From the NCBI RefSeq assembly GCF_006345805.1, contig NW_021828532.1, forward strand, positions 1 through 7,945: DNA of 7,945 nucleotides, in the 5' to 3' direction. The DNA comes from Octopus sinensis (Eukaryota). The first letter of the stretch is position 1. Each line of letters opens with the position of its first letter. The notes beneath the pieces are model-generated. The model had not been told where the DNA came from and searched no databases. It saw only the letters and a program-made list of their open reading frames with translations. This document shows, piece by piece, positions 1-7,479 of this stretch. The position numbers and the translations under genes were made by a program.

Positions 1-210
1 AAAAAAACGATGCGTACGGCTGGCCAGGACACAGTTCCCATCATCAAGTGTCTTGTTTATTTGCACGATCATCAATGCTGATTAGCACGATGATAGTGGA
101 AGAAGTGAGAGAGCTGGCCAAGCCAGATCTACTGGGTCATCCTGCTCATCTTCACTACACACTGAGGGCTAGATAGATAGATGGAAGGAGGGAGGGAAGA
201 CAGAGATAGC

Positions 211-427
211 TGCGGGGAGTTGGTAGGATGGTTAGCACACGAGACAAAACTGCTTAGCGACATTTCTTCTGTCTTTACATTGTGAGTTCAAATTCAGCCG
301 AGGTCGACTTTGCCTTTCATCCTTTCGAGATCGATCAAATAAGTACCAGTTGAATACTGGGGTCGATCTAATCCGACTGGCCCCACCCAAATTTCGAATC
401 TTGTGCCTATAGTAAAAAGGATTATTA
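211..427 (+). mobile_element. tRNA-derived SINE, octopus OR1-like family, near full length and diverged
   Basis: tRNA-like head (A-box-like TGGTAGGATGG at 221-231, B-box-like GAGTTCAAATTC at 284-295), then GTCGACTTTGCCTTTCATCC, AATAAGTACCAGTTGAATACTGGGGTCGAT and an ATTATTA tail. Homologous to the minus-strand copy at 4436-4605. Family name is from recollection. Confidence 0.85.
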
Positions 428-456
428 CAATAAGTTCGGTCAAAAGAGAGTTCCTG

Positions 457-548
457 CTGCCATTACCTTCGCAGGCCCTGACGTGGCCAGAGTGGTCACC
501 ATATTTAATGTTCCAGTTAAACACCTTCTCTGCCACGAGTAATGGCGG
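457..548 (+). other. Long imperfect hairpin; possible decayed HDV-like ribozyme
   Basis: CTGCCATTA 457-465 pairs with TAATGGCGG 540-548. GTGGC(C)AGAG 483-492 pairs with CTCTGCCAC 528-536. Inner pairings GGT/ACC and TTTAA/TTAAA. Small CCT-TCGC-AGG hairpin at 466-475. Confidence 0.3.
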
Positions 549-684
549 TGCATGTGCAACGGAAGAAATCTCAGTACTTCCCCCTTAGGCATTTAGAGAG
601 AGAGAGAGGAGTAGGAAGGAGTGGACGTAACAGACAATGAGAAAACCTAGGGGTGAAGGGGTAATAAGTGGGTGTGGGTGTGCA

Positions 685-687
<3 letters not shown>

Positions 688-723
<36 letters not shown>
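688..723. repeat. (GT)n microsatellite
   Basis: Direct inspection. Confidence 0.95.
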
Positions 724-726
<3 letters not shown>

Positions 727-877
727 TATGTCTGTGTGTAAATATTTTTAGCTTGTGTCATCCAGAGGACTGCGGCCGTAAAGAGGTACCGCCTCAAAGA
801 GTTTTGTCGAAAAAATTGACCCCAGTCCCTTTTTTTAAAGTTTTGTGTTTATGGGAGTAGCCTCATTTACTGAACTG

Positions 878-917
878 CTACTACTACTACTACTACTAAT
901 AATAATAATAATAATAA
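878..917. repeat. (CTA)n(TAA)n compound microsatellite
   Basis: Direct inspection; lies immediately 5' of the hammerhead-bearing repeat. Confidence 0.95.
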
Positions 918-1028
918 CATCGAAAAATACCTTAGGAATGAGAACCTAGTGTTCGAAATTTCCCCAAGACACATGATGAAGGCTGGAAGGTATATCAGCC
1001 GAAACGTTGTGGTAACAACAAACAAGAC
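914..1028 (+). mobile_element. Short interspersed repeat (family H1), Penelope-like pLTR fragment containing a hammerhead motif
   Basis: Near-identical second copy at 2154-2265 (ATAACATCGAAAAATACCTTAGGAATGAGAACC...CCCCAAGACAC...GTTGTGGTAACAACAAACAA). Contains the hammerhead fold at 968-1013. Confidence 0.75.
968..1013 (+). ncRNA. Minimal type I hammerhead ribozyme, degenerate (C3 to A)
   Basis: Stem I GACAC 968-972 / GTGGT 1009-1013 (one mismatch, one wobble). Core aUGAUGA 973-979 plus extra A980. Stem II GGCTGG 981-986 / TCAGCC 995-1000. GAAA 1001-1004. Palindromic ACGT 1004-1007. H17 = T1008. Confidence 0.7.
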
Positions 1029-1029
1029 A

Positions 1030-1252
1030 GGGAGTTGAACAAACCAACACCGGCTGCCAAGCGGGGGACATACACAACATACACACACGCACACACACAC
1101 ACATGACGGGTTTCCTCACAGTTTTTATCTGTTACAACCACTCACAAGGGCTTGATTGGCGCGGAAATATAATAGAAACAACTCGCCCGAGGGATTGAAC
1201 CTACGACCGCATGGTTGGGAAGCAAGCTTCTTAACCGCTCAGCTACGCTGCA
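1030..1252 (-). mobile_element. tRNA-derived SINE, OR2-like (CORE-type), 3'-truncated, older copy
   Basis: Aligns with the reverse complement of 4882-5140, including the internal (CA)n. On the minus strand box A TAGCTGAGCGG (1245-1235) and box B GGTTCAATCCC (1201-1191). Small deletion just after box B. Confidence 0.85.
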
Positions 1253-2016
1253 GCAACAATAAAAACGCTATAACAGGAAATGTGTAGCTGTTCGCAGATA
1301 ATTGTGAGATCTTTTGTAAGCAGCATTTAAAGACGAACACAGAGTAGTCAGCGCAAAATATTAAGAGGTGAGCGAGCGAGCGAGCGAGAGAGAGAGAGGT
1401 TGTGGGGAGTTAATTATTTGTAGAGAACGATGGTATGCTATTATTTGGTGGGTCTCACAGGACGGAACTTAAGTAATGCATAGTAAGAATACAAAAACGA
1501 AATAAATGACAATAGATGCTGTAATTTGTAAGGGAGAGGCGTGGAATTGTAAACCAGCTGTTTCTAAAATGAAATTATCAGTGCTTAAAAAATAAGCGAT
1601 AGTTAAAAGTAAACGCTGATTAAATATGAGAATGGCCACATGGGGGTTAAATAAAATTTATTACTAATGAAGTTTAATATGAGAAACTTTAAAAGAGAGG
1701 AAGGAACGGAGAGGAAGAAAGCAAATAATTTGTTGATGTAATTGAGAAAGTAAATAGGTAAGCATGTGTCTGAATATTATACATCTATGAATGTGCGATT
1801 CACAAACACACACACACAAACAGGTATATACATACTCATATATACATACTTATACATGCGTATACATACACGCATTCATACAATATGGCTTTCTGTGCAA
1901 AGAAGAACGAAGTAGGGCATCTGTTCGTGGTCGTTCTATTTGCAAGAAATAGCAGCTAACAAATTACCGCGACACTGTAGTACATCTGCAGCGTTAGAAG
2001 CTGTGCAAAGGCAACA

Positions 2017-2043
2017 CTACTACTACTACTACTACTACTACTG

Positions 2044-2075
<32 letters not shown>

Positions 2076-2157
2076 ACTACTACTACTACTACTGCTGCTG
2101 CTTGCTGCTGCTGCTTACTACTACTACTACTACTAATAATAATAATAATACTAATAA
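2017..2157. repeat. (CTA)n/(CTG)n/(TAA)n compound microsatellite
   Basis: Direct inspection. Confidence 0.95.
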
Positions 2158-2265
2158 CATCGAAAAATACCTTAGGAATGAGAACCTCGGTTCGAAATTT
2201 CCCCAAGACACCTAATGTTGTGGTAACAACAAACAAAATTAGGACAAATAATGTAAATAATGTAA
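2154..2265 (+). mobile_element. Second copy of family H1 repeat with the hammerhead stem II and GAAA deleted
   Basis: Matches 914-1028 but reads GACACCTAATG|TTGTGG at 2207-2223, lacking about 28 nt (AAGGCTGGAAGGTATATCAGCCGAAACG). Confidence 0.8.
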
Positions 2266-2532
2266 TCACCTTTTATCTTTGAAACTGAGAGATTCAGAGA
2301 CATTCATCATAATAAATATTCGAAACAAATAAATCCTGCTTTTATTTCACGTATTTTTGATTCTTGCTGCTAAACCATTGAGATTCAAGATAAGAAAAGA
2401 AGCACGAAGACTTTAATGAAGACAGAAGTCTCCTCAAAGACATGCACGAGGCCCAGACAAAAAAATCTCCATCTCAAATTCCTCATTGCATTTTCTGAAG
2501 AAGCAGTGGAACGCTCTGCGGGTGATGTTCTT

Positions 2533-2564
2533 TCGTCGTCGTCTTCTTCTTCTTCTTCTTCTTC

Positions 2565-2603
<39 letters not shown>

Positions 2604-2775
2604 TATTATTCCTCTTCTTCTTCTTCTTCTTCTTCATCTTCCTCTTCATCTTCTTCCTATTCTTCTTCTTCCCTCCTCTTCTTCTTCTTCATCTTCTTCT
2701 TCTTCTTCTTCTTCTTCTTCTACTTCTTCTTCTTCCATTTCTTCTTCTTCCACTTCTTCTTTTTCTTCTCCTTCC

Positions 2776-2810
<35 letters not shown>

Positions 2811-2822
2811 ATCTTCTTCGTC

Positions 2823-2854
<32 letters not shown>

Positions 2855-3590
2855 CTCCCTCTTCTTCTTCTTCTTCTTCGTCTACTTCCTCTTCTTCAAC
2901 TTCTTCTTCTTCTACTTCCTCTTCATCTCCTTCTTCTTCATCCTCCTCTCTTCTTCCACTTCTTCTTCCACTTCTTCTTCCTCTTCTTCATCTTCCTCTT
3001 CTTCATCTTCTTCGTCTACTTCTTCTTCTTCTTCTTCTTCTTCGTCTACTTCTTCTTCTTCTTCTTCTTCTTCTTCGTCTACTTCCTCTTCTTCAACTTC
3101 TTCTACTTCCTCTTCATATCCTTCTTCTTCATCCTCCTCCTCTTCTTCTTCTTCTTCTTCTTCCACTTCTTCTTCCTCTTCTTCTTCTTCTTCTTCGTCA
3201 ACTTCTTCTTTTTCTTCATCCTCCTCCTCTTCTTCTTGTTCTTCGTTTACTTCCTCTTCTTCAACTTCTTCTACTTCTTCTTCCACTTCCTCTTCGTCTA
3301 CTTCCTTTTCTTCTTCTTCTTCTTCTACTTCCTCTTCATCTCTTTCTTCTTCATCCTCCTCCCCTCCTTTTCTTCTTCTTCTTCTTTCTCTTTCTCCTCG
3401 TATTCTTTCTTTTGTTTCTCCTTCTCCCTTTCTTTCTCTTCATTCATCTTCCTTCTCTCCGTTCTTTTCTTTCTCCTTTTTCCTCCTTTCTCTTCCTTTT
3501 CTGTTTTCCTCCACTTTCTCCTTCTCGCCGTCCTCATCATCACCCCCCTCATCCCCATCCCCGTCAACACCATCATCACCTCTTCTCTCC
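2533..3590. repeat. About 1-kb polypyrimidine (TTC/TCC)n compound microsatellite with a (TAT)n block and higher-order CGTCTAC units
   Basis: Direct inspection; source of the poly-S/L/F/E ORFs. Confidence 0.95.
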
Positions 3591-3954
3591 CGTATTATTA
3601 ACGCCGACCCTCAGTCCTTCTCGTCATCATCGCCGCCGACATCATCACCTCTTTCCCTCTCCCCAGACTCTCCTCCCATTATTCCTGATACGTCGTTTGT
3701 CAACACCGACAAACACCACCACCCCCACTTCCTCCAAACAGGCAATCTATATTGGCCTCCCCCCACTTTCATTCACCTCACGCGTGGCACTGGTTCCGGG
3801 TGATTGCTTATCTTCAAAATAGGCGGGAAATGAGGCCGTGTCTGGCTCAGATGCACCGTTGGAGCGGAAGTTGTGGTTATGATAGTGGAAGATGAGGGGC
3901 GAAAGAAAGAGGGCGCTTCACCAACTCCTTTATTTGTGCAGATGGTACAACAGC

Positions 3955-3971
3955 AAATAATAATAATAACA

Positions 3972-4005
<34 letters not shown>

Positions 4006-4122
4006 TGATGATGATGATAATAATAATAATAATATAAAATAATGATAATAATAATGATAATAATAATAATAATAATAAAATAATAATAATAAATAATAAT
4101 GATAATAATAATAATAATAATA

Positions 4123-4161
<39 letters not shown>

Positions 4162-4238
4162 TAATAATAATAATAATAATATAATAATAATAATAATAAA
4201 ATAATAATGATAATAATAATAATAATAATAATAATAAT

Positions 4239-4270
<32 letters not shown>

Positions 4271-4327
4271 TAATGATAATATAATAATAATAATAATAAT
4301 AATATAATAATAATAATAATAATAATA
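3955..4327. repeat. (AAT)n microsatellite, about 370 bp, with ATG interruptions
   Basis: Direct inspection. Confidence 0.95.
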
Positions 4328-4435
4328 GAATGCATACAATGAGCTTCTCTGCCCTAGGTGTACGGAAAACACTCGGCGAGAAATGGAAGAAAATTTGAAG
4401 AAAGAAGAAGAAAAAAATAATAATGATATAAATTT

Positions 4436-4605
4436 TCATTTCAAATTTTTTGCCATAAGGGCAGCTTGTGGGAGGTGGGGATGAGTCGATTACATCGACC
4501 CCCAGTGTTCAACTGGTACTTATTTTATCGACCCCCGAACGGATGCAAGGCAAAATCAACAGCGGCGAAATTTGAACGCAGAACGCAGCGACTGGTAAAA
4601 TATCT
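4436..4605 (-). mobile_element. OR1-like SINE, 5'-truncated copy
   Basis: Reverse complement reads ...GCGTTCAAATTTCGCCGCTGTTGATTTTGCCTTGCATCCGTTCGGGGGTCGATAAAATAAGTACCAGTTGAACACTGGGGGTCGATGTAATCGAC..., homologous to 284-400. Confidence 0.85.
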
Positions 4606-4775
4606 GTTAATTATGATTTTATTCAACATATTCCTCTCTTAGATTCACACACTTATCGCAGCGGCCCTTCAGTTTTTCTAAGCCCTGTAAAAGGACATGG
4701 AACGTCGGGACTCCAGCCAGGCCCTTTTTTGCGGTGCCCTTAATGTCAGGAACTTCTTAGTTTCCCCTCGTAAAA

Positions 4776-4840
4776 ATTATTAATATTATTATAATAATAA
4801 TAATATATTATAATAATAATAATATATTATAATAATAATA

Positions 4841-4880
<40 letters not shown>
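4776..4880. repeat. (AAT)n microsatellite, 5' flank of the SINE
   Basis: Direct inspection. Confidence 0.95.
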
Positions 4881-4881
<1 letters not shown>

Positions 4882-5285
4882 GGCGCAGGAGTGGCTGTGT
4901 GGTAAGTAGCTTGCTAACCAGCCACATGGTTCCGGGTTCAGTCCCACTGCGTGGCACCTTGGGCAAGTGTCTTCTTCTATAGCCTCGGGCCAACCAAAGC
5001 CTTGTGAGTGGATTTGGTAGACGGAAACTGAAAGAAGCATGTCGTATATATATATGTGTGTGTGTGTATGTGTCTGCGTCTCTGTGTTTGTCCACCTAGC
5101 ATTGCTTGACAACCGATGCTGATGTGTTTATGTCCCCGTTACTTAGCGGTTCGGCAAAAGAGACCGATAGAATAAGTACTGGGCTTACAAAGAATAAGTC
5201 CCGGGGTCGATTTGCTCGACTAAAGGCGGTGCTCCAGCATGGCCACAGTCAAATGACTGAAACAAGTAAAAGAGAGTAAAAGAGA

Positions 5286-5286
<1 letters not shown>
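4882..5286 (+). mobile_element. Full-length tRNA-derived CORE-type SINE (octopus OR2-like) with an internal (TA)(TG) microsatellite
   Basis: Box A TGGCTGTGTGG 4892-4902, box B GGTTCAGTCCC 4935-4945. CORE-like ACCTTGGGCAAGT at 4956-4968 is shared with the MIR core. Tail is AGTAAAAGAG x2 (5265-5284). Flanked on both sides by (AAT)n. Confidence 0.9.

Positions 5287-5335
<49 letters not shown>
5287..5335. repeat. (AAT)n microsatellite, 3' flank of the SINE
   Basis: Direct inspection. Confidence 0.95.
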
Positions 5336-5337
<2 letters not shown>

Positions 5338-5648
5338 ATCAAAACACTTCTGCATACATAGTATACACACACGCATTATGTATAAATGAGTATGGCGCTA
5401 AGAGACATGGAAAGAGAAATATAGATGTATGCATTTGTCCTTTGTTTTTGTGAATGGACCTTTCTCTGTGTGTGCGTGTGTGTGTGTATGCTGTGTGTAT
5501 GTGTGTGTGTGCGTGTTCCCTTCTAGTTCCCTGCCCTCATTGTGTTTCTGATTCTCTTTCTCTCTTCACCTATTTTAACTTGCATACGCCGGCTGCTGGT
5601 ATCAAACCATCACACATACGCGCGCACCTGATCTTCGTTTGTCTGTCC

Positions 5649-5652
<4 letters not shown>

Positions 5653-5710
<58 letters not shown>
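5653..5710. repeat. (CT)n microsatellite
   Basis: Direct inspection. Confidence 0.95.
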
Positions 5711-5714
<4 letters not shown>

Positions 5715-5802
5715 CCTCACCACTTTTTTGCTTTTTAGACTTCTCATGTGGCACTGAATAACACGAATAATAACGTGTGCCTGGTTGGGTGTCTACCTGT
5801 TC

Positions 5803-5937
5803 TCTATTCATTCTTTTAATCGCATCAACTAGTTTCATTTATTGGGTTACGGCCATACTATAGCATTGGCTTGAAGAATTCACTGGACCATATCGACCCA
5901 AATATTTATTTAAACGTGATACTCATTCCATCGATCT
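5803..5937 (-). mobile_element. Diverged 3' fragment of OR2-like SINE (inside duplication unit A)
   Basis: Reverse complement AGATCGATGGAATGAGTATC...GGGTCGAT...TGCTATAGTATGGCCG...TGAAACTAGT aligns with 5161-5270. Confidence 0.7.
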
Positions 5938-6027
5938 GCACAGACACGGACATGGTTGCCACAATATATATATATGTATATATATTTATTTATATATACC
6001 AGAGAGAGAGAGAGAGAGAGAGAGGGT

Positions 6028-6207
6028 CGCCATGATAGATCGTTAGTCACTACACACACATTTTTTCTCTCCTTGTTTCTTTCTGTGTCCCTTTCTGTAG
6101 AAGAGCGTGGACTCGAAACGTAAAAGACTTTTTCTATTCCTGAGCGTTATACTAATACCTCTGTTTGTTTTGTACACCACCAGTCTTCGTCTTTTGTTTT
6201 CGTAAAC
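6028..6207 (+). mobile_element. Short repeat family H2 (Penelope-pLTR/retrozyme-like), copy A
   Basis: Three copies in the window share the 5' end CGCCATGATAGATCGTTAG. Each sits in a dinucleotide microsatellite and carries a hammerhead fold. Confidence 0.75.
6091..6126 (+). ncRNA. Minimal type I hammerhead ribozyme with non-canonical CUGUAGA core
   Basis: Stem I CTTT 6091-6094 / AAAG 6123-6126. Core CTGTAGA 6095-6101 plus extra A6102. Stem II GAG 6103-6105 / CTC 6112-6114. GAAA 6115-6118. ACGT palindrome 6118-6121. H17 = A6122. Confidence 0.65.
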
Positions 6208-6258
6208 TCTCTCTCTATATATATAATAACGTGTGCCTGGTTGGGTGTCTACCTGTTC

Positions 6259-6393
6259 TCTATTCATTCTTTTAATCGCATCAACTAGTTTCATTTATTG
6301 GGTTACGGCCATACTATAGCATTGGCTTGAAGAATTCACTGGACCATATCGACCCAAATATTTATTTAAACGTGATACTCATTCCATCGATCT
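6259..6393 (-). mobile_element. Diverged 3' fragment of OR2-like SINE (inside duplication unit B)
   Basis: Identical to 5803-5937. Confidence 0.7.
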
Positions 6394-6451
6394 GCACAGA
6401 CACGGACATGGTTGCCACAATATATATATATGTATATATATTTATTTATAT

Positions 6452-6496
<45 letters not shown>

Positions 6497-6673
6497 CGCC
6501 ATGATAGATCGTTAGTCACTACACACACATTTTTTCTCTCCTTGTTTCTTTCTGTGTCCCTTTCTTGTGAGAGCGTGGACTCGAAACGTAAAAGACTTTT
6601 TCTATTCCTGAGCGTTATACTAATACCCTGTTGTTTTGTACACCACCAGTCTTCGTCTTTTGTTTTCGTAAAC
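6497..6673 (+). mobile_element. Family H2 repeat, copy B; hammerhead (6560-6594) has a damaged core CTTGTGA
   Basis: Duplicate of 6028-6207. Stems I, II, GAAA and ACGTA are intact; core 6564-6570 is altered. Confidence 0.75.
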
Positions 6674-6693
6674 TCTCTCTATATATATATATA

Positions 6694-6788
6694 TTACGTT
6701 TCGAGTCTACGCTCTTCTACAGAAAGGGACACAGAAAAAGCAAGGAGAGAAAAAGAATGTGTATAGTGGCTAACGATCTATCATGGCG
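6694..6788 (-). mobile_element. Family H2 repeat, inverted 3'-truncated copy C with hammerhead core CUGUAGA
   Basis: Reverse complement CGCCATGATAGATCGTTAGCCAC...CCCTTTCTGTAGAAGAGCGTAGACTCGAAACGTAA, followed by (TA)n. Differs from copies A/B at several sites. Confidence 0.8.
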
Positions 6789-6796
6789 TATATATG

Positions 6797-6862
<66 letters not shown>
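6789..6862. repeat. (TA)n microsatellite
   Basis: Direct inspection. Confidence 0.95.
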
Positions 6863-6863
<1 letters not shown>

Positions 6864-6940
6864 TAATAAATAAAACATATGCATATATATATACATATAT
6901 GTACGTACCTACCTCTACATGTATATATACACGCATATAT

Positions 6941-7102
6941 GAGTACAGGACACCAAAAAAACGTCGAACACGACGAGAAACGAAAACATAGACACAAACC
7001 CAAGGAACTGGGCATTTTTCTTAAACAAAAAAAAAACAGAGTACAGGACAAATAACACAAGGAAAAAAAACCCTTCTTCAGTCGCCATGGTTTCATCTAC
7101 TC
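6941..7102. repeat. Fragment of an unclassified interspersed repeat with an internal 12-bp direct repeat
   Basis: GAGTACAGGACA at 6941-6952 and 7039-7050. Complex sequence embedded between (TA)n tracts. Resembles a recurrent octopus repeat (recollection only). Confidence 0.4.
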
Positions 7103-7131
7103 TATATATATATAGGGAGAAAGAGAGAGAG

Positions 7132-7218
<87 letters not shown>

Positions 7219-7224
7219 TAGATA
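7103..7224. repeat. (TA)n(GA)n(GATA)n compound microsatellite
   Basis: Direct inspection. Confidence 0.95.
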
Positions 7225-7338
7225 TTCATGATTATATGTATAGATGTATGTATATGTGTGTGTATCGATATACATATATGCCAGATTTGAATTCAGAACC
7301 TAATAAGTCTAAAAAAGCACTTGACATTTAACCCGAAT

Positions 7339-7357
7339 TGAAAATGAGTTTGCTACC

Positions 7358-7433
<76 letters not shown>

Positions 7434-7448
7434 TAATAATAATAATAA

Positions 7449-7479
<31 letters not shown>

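Larger units (their letters stand above)
5767..6693 (+). repeat. Tandem direct duplication; unit A 5767-6222 (456 bp), unit B 6223 to about 6693
   Basis: Both units start ATAATAACGTGTGCCTGG. The first ~230 bp are identical; later differences are (GA)n length and a few clustered indels. Confidence 0.95.

Noticed and set aside
479-539. SECIS or kink-turn reading of the hairpin (TGA...GA)
   Set aside because: The quartet register does not fit and there is no apical AA 11-13 nt above the core.
2495-2523. CTGAAGA-A-GCAG...CTGC looks like the first half of a hammerhead
   Set aside because: Followed by GGGT rather than GAAA; no stem III or stem I partner.
2416-3822. 468-aa and overlapping long ORFs (also 3773-4439, 4789-5112, 7353-7706)
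   Set aside because: They are translations of trinucleotide microsatellites that lack stops in some frames; no domain content.
3780-3955. Complex sequence that could be a host exon (polypyrimidine-CAG at about 3929-3941)
   Set aside because: No recognisable protein motif and no convincing donor site; runs into (AAT)n.
4882-4950. tRNA gene (also 1190-1252 and 211-295)
   Set aside because: A and B boxes are present but there is no closing acceptor stem, and the sequence continues into SINE body.
5767-6693. CRISPR-like or prokaryotic repeat system
   Set aside because: No repeat-spacer periodicity; the context is clearly a eukaryotic repeat landscape.
7060-7081. Minus-strand CTGAAGAAGGG hammerhead-like start
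   Set aside because: No stem II closing onto GAAA downstream.
7081-7089. GTCGCCATG matches the 5' end of the H2 repeats
   Set aside because: Only 9 bp with no flanking similarity; compatible with chance.
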